Shown: positions 36,951 to 45,583 of the stretch, one piece after another | How the letters are laid out: the number at the start of each line of letters is the position of its first letter | How positions within the stretch are numbered: the first letter of the stretch is position 1 | From: an uncultured delta proteobacterium | GTDB lineage: Bacteria > Desulfobacterota > Binatia > UBA9968 | Assembly (NCBI GenBank): GCA_963816145.1 | Contig: CAWFJP010000015.1 | Span: forward strand, 32,001 to 96,000 | Reading direction: 5' to 3' | Length of the DNA: 64,000 nucleotides | Made by a program: the position numbers and the translations under genes | The notes under the pieces: generated by a model | Database searches by the model: none | What the model saw: only the letters and a program-made list of their open reading frames with translations | What the model was told of the DNA's origin: nothing

Positions 36951-39271
36951 GCGGCGCCCCTTTTTGCGTCTTGAAGCGCCTTAAGCACCCTGTCCGGCGT
37001 CATCGGCAGTTCGGTCAGCCGAATGCCGGCCGCATTAAAAATAGCGTTGGCAATTGCCGGAGCGACGCCGACGTAAGATATCTCCGAGCACCCTTTGGCG
37101 CCGAACGGATGGGTCGGCTCGCCCAATTCGACGACCACCGGATCGATGTTGGGAACATCCAAAATCGACGGGGTTCTGAGATCGAGAAACCATTGATTGA
37201 GCGCCGTCCCGGTCCGGGAGTCGAAACAAAAACCTTCGGTCATCGCGTAGCCCAGGCCCTGGGCCGCGCCGCCGAGAATTTGCCCATCGAGGATCATCGG
37301 ATTGATGGCACGGCCGACATCATGGGAGGAAACCAGGCGCAAAATTTTCACCTCGCCGGTCTCGACATCGACTTCAACTTCTGCAAACGCGGCAGCAAAG
37401 CCATAGGCGAAAAGATTATCATCCTTGGCGTTGTGAATGCCTTTGCCGCTGATTCTGCCGCCGGCATGACGCGCGACTTCGGCTAAATTTACCTTTCGCC
37501 AAGTCTCCGAGCGTACCCACACCGAGCCTTTGCCAACTTCGAGATCTTTAGCATCTCGATTCAACAACACCGCCGCGTGCTTGAGCACCAGTTTCTTCGC
37601 TTCCTCAGCGGCTCTGCAAGCGGCGATACCCGTGGCATAGACTGTGCGGCTCGAAAACGGTCCGGAATCGAAGGGACAGATCGCCGTATCTGCGTTGTCG
37701 CCATACACTTCTTCCAGGCCAACAGCGAAGATTTCCGCGACCATCTGGCGCAGCGTGGTCTGTTGCTCCGAACCTTGGTCCGGCGTCCCGGAAAAAAATG
37801 AAATCCGGCCATTACCGTCGATGACAACCTCCGCCTCCGATGTGCCCGCGGGATTGCTGCCGCAACTATGGATCACCAGCGCCATGCCGATGCCCTTTTT
37901 CCGCGGTCCAGGAGTGGCGCCCGGACGCGCCGATCGACGTTCCCAGCCGATCGCCTTCGCGCCGCTGCGCGCCGCTTCCTCGACCCAGACCGTCGACATG
38001 ATTTTCCCCGGCGCCGAGCACAGATCGTCGCCTTCATGGAGTCGGTTTTTGAGACGAAACTCGATGGGGTCCATCTGGATGGCGTCGGCCAATTCGTCGA
38101 GCACCGATTCAATGGCAAAGTGGCTCTCAGCATCGGCGCGGCCGCGGTAGGGCCCCGTGGTCGGATGGTTGGTGCGCACGACGAAGACCTCCCACTTCAC
38201 GTTGGGGCAGCCATGATAGAGATCCATCGGCCGAGTGCAGATATGTTGCGCGATATTTTCGCCGAGCCCGATCCAAAAGCCGTTGTCGAGATACGTGCGC
38301 ACTTCGAACGCCGTGAGAGCGCCATCCTTCTTTGCGCCGACTTTAACGTAGTGAGTCAGTGCCGAGCGATTATGCGAATCGAGGCTTTCTTCCTCGCGGC
38401 TAAACCAGACTTTGACCGGCCGACCCGTCTGGCGCGCCATGAGCGCTGTGAGAACGGCAAATCGGCCGGTAACCTTGACGCCGAAGGCGCCGCCAAGATT
38501 GGTCGACACCACGCGCACGCAAGCCATCGGCAGATCGAGCACCTGCGCGACGCTCTCTTGCAAGCGATAGGGGTCCTGGACCGAACACCACAGGGTGCAC
38601 TGGCCGTCTTCATAGACAGCCACGCAGGCGCGCGGCTCGTGGGACACCGCGCCGACATGGGATTGGCGAAAAACTCGCTCGACGACAACGTCGCTTTGCA
38701 AAAACCCCGCGGCGATATCGCCTCTGGCATTGACCACCGTCGGCCGGTCGGCATCGCCGCGCAAGACGTTGCTCGATGGGTCGATCGCCGTCGCCGGCCG
38801 GCCGCCGCCAGGGCGCGCCAGGACTCCCTCCGGCATAAACGCCACGGCTAACGGTGACTGCGGCTGAATGGCCATCTCCGCGTCCAACACCGCTGGTAAC
38901 ATTTCGTATTTGACTTCGATGGCGCGCGCCGCCGCTTCGGCAATATTCCAATCCTCGGCCGCCACCGCCGCCACCGAGTCGCCAACGAAGCGCACTTCCT
39001 GATCGAGCGGGTACAGCTCTTCTTGGTAAGGGCCGAACAGGACTTTTGGCACGTCGTCGTGGGTCAGGATCGCAACCACTCCGGGAATTTTTCGCGCCGC
39101 CGCGCTGTTCACTTCGACGATCCGCGCATGCGCGTGCGGACTCCGGACAATCTTCATCCAGAGCATATTCGGCAGGTTAATATCGGCGGCAAATCGCAGT
39201 TCGCCGGTCGCCTTCTCGATGCCGTAAACCGGGGCGACCGATTTGCCAACGGTGAGTAATTCTTCGCTCAC
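36947..39271 (-). CDS. Xanthine dehydrogenase family molybdopterin subunit
   Basis: RSPHAHARI, GGAFGVK, YRG, FSSR, GQILGGAAQGLG, GAKGCSE; GTG start 39271 overlaps the small-subunit stop. Confidence 0.93.
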   Translation of the reverse strand: MSEELLTVGKSVAPVYGIEKATGELRFAADINLPNMLWMKIVRSPHAHARIVEVNSAAARKIPGVVAILTHDDVPKVLFGPYQEELYPLDQEVRFVGDSVAAVAAEDWNIAEAAARAIEVKYEMLPAVLDAEMAIQPQSPLAVAFMPEGVLARPGGGRPATAIDPSSNVLRGDADRPTVVNARGDIAAGFLQSDVVVERVFRQSHVGAVSHEPRACVAVYEDGQCTLWCSVQDPYRLQESVAQVLDLPMACVRVVSTNLGGAFGVKVTGRFAVLTALMARQTGRPVKVWFSREEESLDSHNRSALTHYVKVGAKKDGALTAFEVRTYLDNGFWIGLGENIAQHICTRPMDLYHGCPNVKWEVFVVRTNHPTTGPYRGRADAESHFAIESVLDELADAIQMDPIEFRLKNRLHEGDDLCSAPGKIMSTVWVEEAARSGAKAIGWERRSARPGATPGPRKKGIGMALVIHSCGSNPAGTSEAEVVIDGNGRISFFSGTPDQGSEQQTTLRQMVAEIFAVGLEEVYGDNADTAICPFDSGPFSSRTVYATGIAACRAAEEAKKLVLKHAAVLLNRDAKDLEVGKGSVWVRSETWRKVNLAEVARHAGGRISGKGIHNAKDDNLFAYGFAAAFAEVEVDVETGEVKILRLVSSHDVGRAINPMILDGQILGGAAQGLGYAMTEGFCFDSRTGTALNQWFLDLRTPSILDVPNIDPVVVELGEPTHPFGAKGCSEISYVGVAPAIANAIFNAAGIRLTELPMTPDRVLKALQDAKRGAA

Positions 39272-39756
39272 GGCTCCCCCCTCATGACGCTTGCGGCTTC
39301 GAGCACCGCGTTGACGATGGAGGTGTAACCCGTGCAGCGGCAGAGCACCCCCGAGAGGGCAGCGCGTACCTCGGCCGCCGTGGGTTTGGGATTGCGGTCG
39401 AGCAACGCCTTCGCCGACATAATCATACCCGGCGTGCACCAGCCGCACTGGGCGGCATAAGAAAGCGCAAAGCTTTTCTGTAAGGGATGCAGGTTATCCT
39501 TGGTTCCGAGCCCTTCGATCGTCAGGATCTCTTTACCCTGCGCCTCCACCGCCAATATCGAGCAGGAGTAAACATCGACGCCGTCCATCAGAACAGTGCA
39601 CGAGCCGCAGCCACCGTAGTCGCAGGCGCGTTTGGTGCCGGTAAGATCGAGCCGATTTCTCAACACATCGTTGAGCGTCCAGTTCGAATCGATATCCACC
39701 CGATGAACACATCCGTTGATTTTGAGCGCAATATTGTGAGTTTCCTGATCGTCCAT
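39268..39756 (-). CDS. Xanthine dehydrogenase family 2x[2Fe-2S] subunit
   Basis: GTKRACDYGGCGSCTV, QCGWCTPG, LCRCTGY; no Tat leader. Confidence 0.94.
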   Translation of the reverse strand: MDDQETHNIALKINGCVHRVDIDSNWTLNDVLRNRLDLTGTKRACDYGGCGSCTVLMDGVDVYSCSILAVEAQGKEILTIEGLGTKDNLHPLQKSFALSYAAQCGWCTPGMIMSAKALLDRNPKPTAAEVRAALSGVLCRCTGYTSIVNAVLEAASVMRGEP

Positions 39757-39774
39757 TTTTTGGCTCGCCAAACC

Positions 39775-40908
39775 CTAATCCAGCAGCTTGCGCGCCAGCT
39801 CCGCGCCCGGCTCTCTAATTTTGTAGATCTTGTCTTCGGATTGATTCTCGCGTTTAAAAAACTCCTCCGGCGTCATGGTATCCTTCGCCGCACTGATACC
39901 GGTCTTTCTAAGCCAGGTGGTATCGACATCGAGCCGGCGCGTCGGTTCGCCCATACCGGTTGTATAAACCTCTTGGCCCTCTTTACCGAGAAACCAGTTG
40001 ACGAAGAGTTTGGTTGCGTTCGGGTGCGGCCCGTTCTTAATAACCGTCAGGCCACCGTAACCTGTGGTCACGTACATGCCTTCTTTCGGCTTGGGAAGGG
40101 GTTTGACGGGGAGGCCGGCCTTGATGAACGGCAAGAAGTCCGCGTAGGCAATACCGAGGGCGATGGAGAGACGCTCTTTTGCAGTGTTTTCGGCCAGCAG
40201 CCGCAGATCGCGGGAGATGAACATCTTCTGCCCGACGAGCGTCTTGAGAAATCCCTCTCCCTTAATCGACCGCATATACGACCACATGGACGCTCCGGAA
40301 CCGGGTGTGCGCGGGTCACTTAGACCGATCTTGCCCTGCCATTTCGGATTCAAGAGATCGTCAAAAGAGCGAAACTCCTCTGGCTTTACTAGATTCGTAT
40401 TATGCCAGAGGCTCTCGGTTTGATAGGCCGCGAAGCTGTAGATAAAGCGCTTGGCGTTGTCCATCCAGATATGGCCGCCCCACCAGTTTTTAGTCGCGGT
40501 AACTTCTGGAATTACAAACCAAGGTTCGACTGGTTCGAGGATTCCTTCGGCCATAAGCCCTTTAACGGCCGATTCAGTCCCACCGATGTGGAGATCGAAG
40601 TTTGCAATTCCGGCCTTGAATTCTTCAGCGATGCGAGTGATCAAAGTTGCGCCCCGCGCCGGAACTAACTCAAGGGTTATGCCGAAGCGTTTTCCAAAAG
40701 TTTCTTCAACGCCTTTGCGAAACTCCGCGCTCGGTGGAATCGACACGACGAGCTTGCCTTCCGCCTTCGCAGCTTCAGCGAGTTTCTGCCACTCGTTTCC
40801 AGCCGGCGCTCTGGCGCTTTGCCCGTAGGCCAACCATGGTAGTCCGGCAATGAGCGCCGACAGCATAAGCGCTAAACAAATCAAATTTGAATGCCGCATA
40901 AGGCTCAA
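39775..40908 (-). CDS. Extracellular solute-binding protein (AfuA/FbpA-like), paralog 4
   Basis: Signal peptide; AAKAEGKLVV, WWGGHIWMD, DPRTPGSG, PHPNA, ENQSEDK. Confidence 0.9.
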   Translation of the reverse strand: MSLMRHSNLICLALMLSALIAGLPWLAYGQSARAPAGNEWQKLAEAAKAEGKLVVSIPPSAEFRKGVEETFGKRFGITLELVPARGATLITRIAEEFKAGIANFDLHIGGTESAVKGLMAEGILEPVEPWFVIPEVTATKNWWGGHIWMDNAKRFIYSFAAYQTESLWHNTNLVKPEEFRSFDDLLNPKWQGKIGLSDPRTPGSGASMWSYMRSIKGEGFLKTLVGQKMFISRDLRLLAENTAKERLSIALGIAYADFLPFIKAGLPVKPLPKPKEGMYVTTGYGGLTVIKNGPHPNATKLFVNWFLGKEGQEVYTTGMGEPTRRLDVDTTWLRKTGISAAKDTMTPEEFFKRENQSEDKIYKIREPGAELARKLLD

Positions 40909-40962
40909 TCTTTCACCGGCTGAGCGTAGCTAAAACCGAATCGCAATCATTCTTGCGAATGT

Positions 40963-42075
40963 CTAATTGCCGAGTAGCTTGCGCGCCACCGCCGCGGCCG
41001 GCTCACGGATATTTTTAATCTTTTCCTCCGATTGATTTTCGTACTTGCCAAACTGTTCCGGCGGGAGAAAATCTTTAGCGGCAATGACGCCATAGTCGCG
41101 CAGCCATTTGGTTTCGATCTCCAAGCGACGGCTGCCCACACCCATGCCGCGCCCGAACACTTCTTGACCGTCACGGCTGAGCAACCAGTTGACGAACACC
41201 TTGGTGGCATTGGGATGTGGCTGATTTTTGAGAACGGTCAGATGACCGTAACCGCCGCTGATATAGAGCCCTTCCTTGGGCACCGGCAAGGGCAGAACCG
41301 GAAGATCGACTTTGATAAAGGGTTGAAACTCCGAGTAGCCGATGCCGGAGGTCACGGCGATCTTGCCCCGCGCCAAATTCTCCGCCAGCAGCCGCAGATC
41401 CCGCGTGATAAACAGTTTCTGCGCCACCAGCTTGCGCAAAAACTCTTCGCCCTTGATGTGGTGCATATACGACCACATCGATGAACCGGAGCCGGGCGTG
41501 CGCGGGTCGCTGATGCCGATCTTGCCGACGAGCTTGGGATCAAGCAGATCGTCGAAGGATTTAAACTCGCTGGGCTTGTACTGATTGCCATTGCTCCACA
41601 AACTGACCGTTTGGTAGGCGACGAAGTTGTAGACGTAACGCTTGGCGTTATCTATGTAAATATGGCCGCCCCACCAGTATTTAGGGTCGCGCACTTCCGG
41701 TAAAATCAAATAAGGATCGATTGGATCGAGAATATTTTCCGGCAAGAAGGCCGTGATCACCGACTCGGTGCCGCCGATATGCAGATCGAAATATTGCACG
41801 CCGGCCTTGGCCTCGCTGACGATGCGCTGCACCACCGCGCCGCCGCGCGCCGGCACGAACTCGGTAGCAATGCCGTAGCGGCGCGTGAACGCGATCTCCA
41901 TGAGCTTGCGCAATTCCGGTGTCGGCGGAATCGAAGCGACCACCTTGCCTTCCTTCTTGGCCGCTTCAAGAATCTTATCCCAGTCAGCCTGACGAAACTG
42001 TGAGGTCTGTGCTGCAAGAGGCGCAGCACTCAACAGCGCCAAGGTCAACGATGCCAACGAAATCAACTTCTTCAT
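40963..42075 (-). CDS. Extracellular solute-binding protein (AfuA/FbpA-like), paralog 3
   Basis: AAKKEGKVV, WWGGHIYID, DPRTPGSG, PHPNA, ENQSEEK. Confidence 0.9.
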   Translation of the reverse strand: MKKLISLASLTLALLSAAPLAAQTSQFRQADWDKILEAAKKEGKVVASIPPTPELRKLMEIAFTRRYGIATEFVPARGGAVVQRIVSEAKAGVQYFDLHIGGTESVITAFLPENILDPIDPYLILPEVRDPKYWWGGHIYIDNAKRYVYNFVAYQTVSLWSNGNQYKPSEFKSFDDLLDPKLVGKIGISDPRTPGSGSSMWSYMHHIKGEEFLRKLVAQKLFITRDLRLLAENLARGKIAVTSGIGYSEFQPFIKVDLPVLPLPVPKEGLYISGGYGHLTVLKNQPHPNATKVFVNWLLSRDGQEVFGRGMGVGSRRLEIETKWLRDYGVIAAKDFLPPEQFGKYENQSEEKIKNIREPAAAVARKLLGN

Positions 42076-42105
42076 ATCCGCACTCGATAAATTCGCGCGG
42101 CCAAT

Positions 42106-43224
42106 CTATGCGCCGCGAAATAATTTCTCCGCCGACTGCATGGCCGGCTTGCGATACTTGATAACCACCTCTTCGGAGCCGTTCTCGAGCTCGTCGTATT
42201 TCTCCGGTGTAAGAATTTCCTTCGCCGCCGTGTGGCCGAATTCGCGCGTCCATTTGGTGTCGACATCTAAACGGCGGGTCGGCTGGCCCAGGGCTTTGGT
42301 CAGCGCCGTTTGGCCGTCCTTGGACAACAGCCAGTTTAAAAATACCTTGGCGGCGTTGGGATGAGGCGGGTTCTTGATCAAAACAACGTTGCCGCTGCCG
42401 GACGCTGCGTAGTATCCCTCCTTGATGTTCGAAATCGGTTTGACCGGCAACCCCGCTTTGATGAACGGCAAGTAGGTGTAATAGGAAAGACCGATGGAAA
42501 TCGCCGATTTGCCGCGGGCGACGTTTTCACCCAATTGGCGCAGGTTGCGCCCGACCAACATCTCCTGGGCGGCTAGCTTAGCGAGATAAGCTTCGCCTTT
42601 GATGCGCCAGAGAAACGCCCAGCTCGATTCGCCGGAACCCGGCGAACGCGGGTCTAGAATAGCAATCTTACCTTTCCATTTGGGATCGAGCAGGCTATCC
42701 CACGAGCTGATTTCTTCGGGCTTGACCAGCGTCGTATTGTACCAAATCGTTTCGGTCATATAGGCGGTAAAGCCGTAGATAAATTTCTTAGCGATATCGG
42801 CCCAGAGATGGCCGCCCCACCAGTACTTGGGGTCGCGCACTTCCGGCAAAATCATCGCCGGCATCACCGGTTCGAGAAGATTTTGCGCCAACAGTCCGGT
42901 AATGATTGAAGTGGTGCCGCCAACATGCAGGTCGATGCTGCGCACGCCGGCGTTTTGCTCGTCGACGATCTTGTTAATATTGCTGGCGCCGCGCGCCACA
43001 CTGAGTTCCAGCTCGATTCCTGGAAATGCTTTTTGGAAACCGCTTTCGAATTCCTTGCGCAGCTCCGCGCTGGTGGGAATCGAAACAACGACGCGACCTT
43101 CCTTCTTGGCGGCTTCGACGACCTTGTCCCATTCGGGGCTGCTAGTTTGCGAGAAAACAGCTGAGGCTAGAAACAACGTCAAGATGGAGACATGGGCCAA
43201 TGACATGACCGATTTTCGAACCAT
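42106..43224 (-). CDS. Extracellular solute-binding protein (AfuA/FbpA-like), paralog 2
   Basis: AAKKEGRVV, WWGGHLWAD, DPRSPGSG, PHPNA, ENGSEE. Confidence 0.9.
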   Translation of the reverse strand: MVRKSVMSLAHVSILTLFLASAVFSQTSSPEWDKVVEAAKKEGRVVVSIPTSAELRKEFESGFQKAFPGIELELSVARGASNINKIVDEQNAGVRSIDLHVGGTTSIITGLLAQNLLEPVMPAMILPEVRDPKYWWGGHLWADIAKKFIYGFTAYMTETIWYNTTLVKPEEISSWDSLLDPKWKGKIAILDPRSPGSGESSWAFLWRIKGEAYLAKLAAQEMLVGRNLRQLGENVARGKSAISIGLSYYTYLPFIKAGLPVKPISNIKEGYYAASGSGNVVLIKNPPHPNAAKVFLNWLLSKDGQTALTKALGQPTRRLDVDTKWTREFGHTAAKEILTPEKYDELENGSEEVVIKYRKPAMQSAEKLFRGA

Positions 43225-43238
43225 GGAACGACCCTCCC

Positions 43239-44456
43239 CTAACCCAACAGTTTGCGCGCCAACGCCGCGGCGGGCTCACGCCAGCGATTGATCTTTTCCT
43301 CGGATTGATTTTGGCGTTTGTAATATTGCTCGATGGTCAGATGATCTTTTGCCGGCAGTACGCCGAACTCGCGCAGCCACTTGGTGTCGACGTCCAGGCG
43401 CCGCGTCGGTTGATGCATCGCTTTGGTGTAAACATCCTGGCCTTCACGGCTCATAAACCAGTTGAGAAACAGCCGCGCGGCGTTGGGATGCGGGGCGTTT
43501 TTCAAGACGACGACATGGCCGCTGCCGCCGGCGACGTACATCCCTTCCTTGGGCGCCGGCAGCGGCGCGACCGGCAAACCCGCTTTGATGAAAGGCGCGT
43601 AGTTGTAGTAACTAAGTCCGAGCACGAAAGCGATATTGCCTTTGGCCAGAATCTCCGCCAGAACGCGTTGATCGCGGCTCAAGGCGAGCTTTTGCCCCAC
43701 CAGCTTGCGCAGGTATTCCTCGCCTTTGATCTCGCGAAGATAGGACCATAACGATGCGCCCGAACCCGGAGTGCGCGGATCGAGAAAGCCGATCTTGCCT
43801 TTGAATTTCTCGTCGAGCAGATCGTCGAAGCTGCGCACATCTTCGGCTTTCATCATTTGGGAATTGAACCACAAGCTCTCCGGCTGATAGGCCAGGGTGC
43901 CGTAAACAAATTTTTTCGCGTTGTCGACCCAGATATGACCGCCCCACCACTGCTTCGGATCCTTGACTTCGGGCAGCACCATGTAGGGTTCCAGCGGATC
44001 GACAATACCTTCGGGCAGCATGCCCGTAACCACCGATTCACTGCCGCCCATATGCAGGTCGGTGTAGCGCACGCCCGCCTTGGCCTCATCCACCATCTTG
44101 CGCACCACGGTCGCCGCCCGGCCGACTATCGGCTCGACATCGATGCCGTAACGGTTCTCGAAAAGTCGTTCGATGGCGGCGCGTAACTCGTTGCTCGCCG
44201 GTAACGACACCACCACCTTGCCTTCTTTCTTGGCCGCTTCGACGACCTTGTCCCAGTCGGTTTGCCAAGCTGGTTTAGCCGTCTGCGCACTGACGCCGAC
44301 GGGGATCGCTGTCATGCAGCAAAATATCAGGCCGCTAATTAGTTTCATTGGAGGATTACGCATATCCAAGAGGGCGGGTTTGTAACCCGCCCCTACACGT
44401 CGTCTTTCTTTTTTGCGTCGTTTGCGTTCTTTGCGGCCATTTCTTCGGTCTCTCAA
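43239..44456 (-). CDS. Extracellular solute-binding protein (AfuA/FbpA-like), paralog 1; start 44456 (TTG), 44363 or 44348
   Basis: AAKKEGKVV, WWGGHIWVD, DPRTPGSG, QNQSEEK. Confidence 0.88.
   Translation of the reverse strand: MRDRRNGRKERKRRKKERRRVGAGYKPALLDMRNPPMKLISGLIFCCMTAIPVGVSAQTAKPAWQTDWDKVVEAAKKEGKVVVSLPASNELRAAIERLFENRYGIDVEPIVGRAATVVRKMVDEAKAGVRYTDLHMGGSESVVTGMLPEGIVDPLEPYMVLPEVKDPKQWWGGHIWVDNAKKFVYGTLAYQPESLWFNSQMMKAEDVRSFDDLLDEKFKGKIGFLDPRTPGSGASLWSYLREIKGEEYLRKLVGQKLALSRDQRVLAEILAKGNIAFVLGLSYYNYAPFIKAGLPVAPLPAPKEGMYVAGGSGHVVVLKNAPHPNAARLFLNWFMSREGQDVYTKAMHQPTRRLDVDTKWLREFGVLPAKDHLTIEQYYKRQNQSEEKINRWREPAAALARKLLG
44371..44441 (-). repeat. GTAG-type REP plus GGCCGCAA 9-bp-periodic repeat
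   Basis: Minus strand tggccgcaaagaacgcaaacgacgcaaaa ... gtaggggcgggttacaaacccgccct. Confidence 0.75.
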
Positions 44457-45574
44457 AGCCCAGCGTATTCGAAGTGCGGCATCGCCGAGGGCACACCGAG
44501 TTTCTTGATGGCGGACTCGAAGTCGATGCGGATCTGCGGGTCCTCATCCTCGTACTCGATTAAAGTTCCGCCGTCTCGCGTGCTGGTGCGCACGCCCTCT
44601 TTATTGATTGCGCGCCAGCAGCCGAGCAGATATTTTCCCGACTGGCCGCTGTAGCGAAACGCCAGCTGGCGCGCCTTTTCATCGCCGGTGTTGAAATGCT
44701 GGTGAAACCAGCCGCTCGGCGGGCTAAAAACACTGCCTTCGCGCCAATCGACTTTCACAACCTGATCCGCGTGTCCCGATTGATAGGGTCTAATCCCCGC
44801 TTCCGGCGGCCACATGAGCGTGTAGCCCTCGGAGCGCAGAATCAAAAGAATCGCCCCGCCTTGATGAAAGTGCGCTTTGTGATAACGGCCGAGGGGCCAT
44901 TCGGCAATATGGCCGACCAGCGTGCTGCCGCCCATGTCGAAGGAGGTAATCTTGACCCCATACCCTTTGGCTTCCGACGGATCGACCAGCGCGCCGCGCG
45001 CATCAGCGATGAAATTGGTATCCCAGTTGATAAAACCGCCGATTTCCTTGCGCGAATTTGTGGGGACAAAATAGTCTCTCTCGCTATCGAAACGGTCGCC
45101 AAACTTGTAATCGCTGCCCATGACAAACGGAATATTGTGCAACAAATCGATCATCAACGGCGCGCTGGTGACCGCCAGAAAAAATGCCGGTTCCCGGCTA
45201 CCGTTGATCATGCGATGGCGGGTATTGAGCGGGATCGCGAACAAACTCCCCTGCTGCCATTCAAAATGCATCTTGCACTTTTCATCGCCGGCGGACCAAA
45301 GCTCGGTCGCGCCGATGCCTTGAATAATGTAGATCAACTCTTCGTAGAGGTGATGTTCCGGATTGAGCGCGGCGCCGGGCGCGATCTCGCCGACGTACAT
45401 GCCGGTGAATCCTTCCATGCCCTTGAGGTCGATGTAAGCGCCCCTGCCGCCGGTTCGCTTCCAGGGCTTTAACGCGAGATCCCTGACGTCCGTGACGCCA
45501 TATCCGCCGACAACCGGAATGTCTTCTTCGTCGAGCCAGACTTCATAACTGGTTTTGCGTTTCGCCACCGTCAT
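44453..45574 (-). CDS. Bicupin protein (paralog of 33202-34353)
   Basis: EHHLYEELIYIIQG...PLNTRHR and KAHFHQGGA...PPSGWFHQHFN. Confidence 0.85.
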   Translation of the reverse strand: MTVAKRKTSYEVWLDEEDIPVVGGYGVTDVRDLALKPWKRTGGRGAYIDLKGMEGFTGMYVGEIAPGAALNPEHHLYEELIYIIQGIGATELWSAGDEKCKMHFEWQQGSLFAIPLNTRHRMINGSREPAFFLAVTSAPLMIDLLHNIPFVMGSDYKFGDRFDSERDYFVPTNSRKEIGGFINWDTNFIADARGALVDPSEAKGYGVKITSFDMGGSTLVGHIAEWPLGRYHKAHFHQGGAILLILRSEGYTLMWPPEAGIRPYQSGHADQVVKVDWREGSVFSPPSGWFHQHFNTGDEKARQLAFRYSGQSGKYLLGCWRAINKEGVRTSTRDGGTLIEYEDEDPQIRIDFESAIKKLGVPSAMPHFEYAGL

Positions 45575-45583
45575 CCATCCCTT

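Noticed and set aside
36947-39448. ORF-track start at 39448 for the XDH large subunit
   Set aside because: It overlaps the 2Fe-2S gene; the GTGA-coupled start at 39271 fits better.
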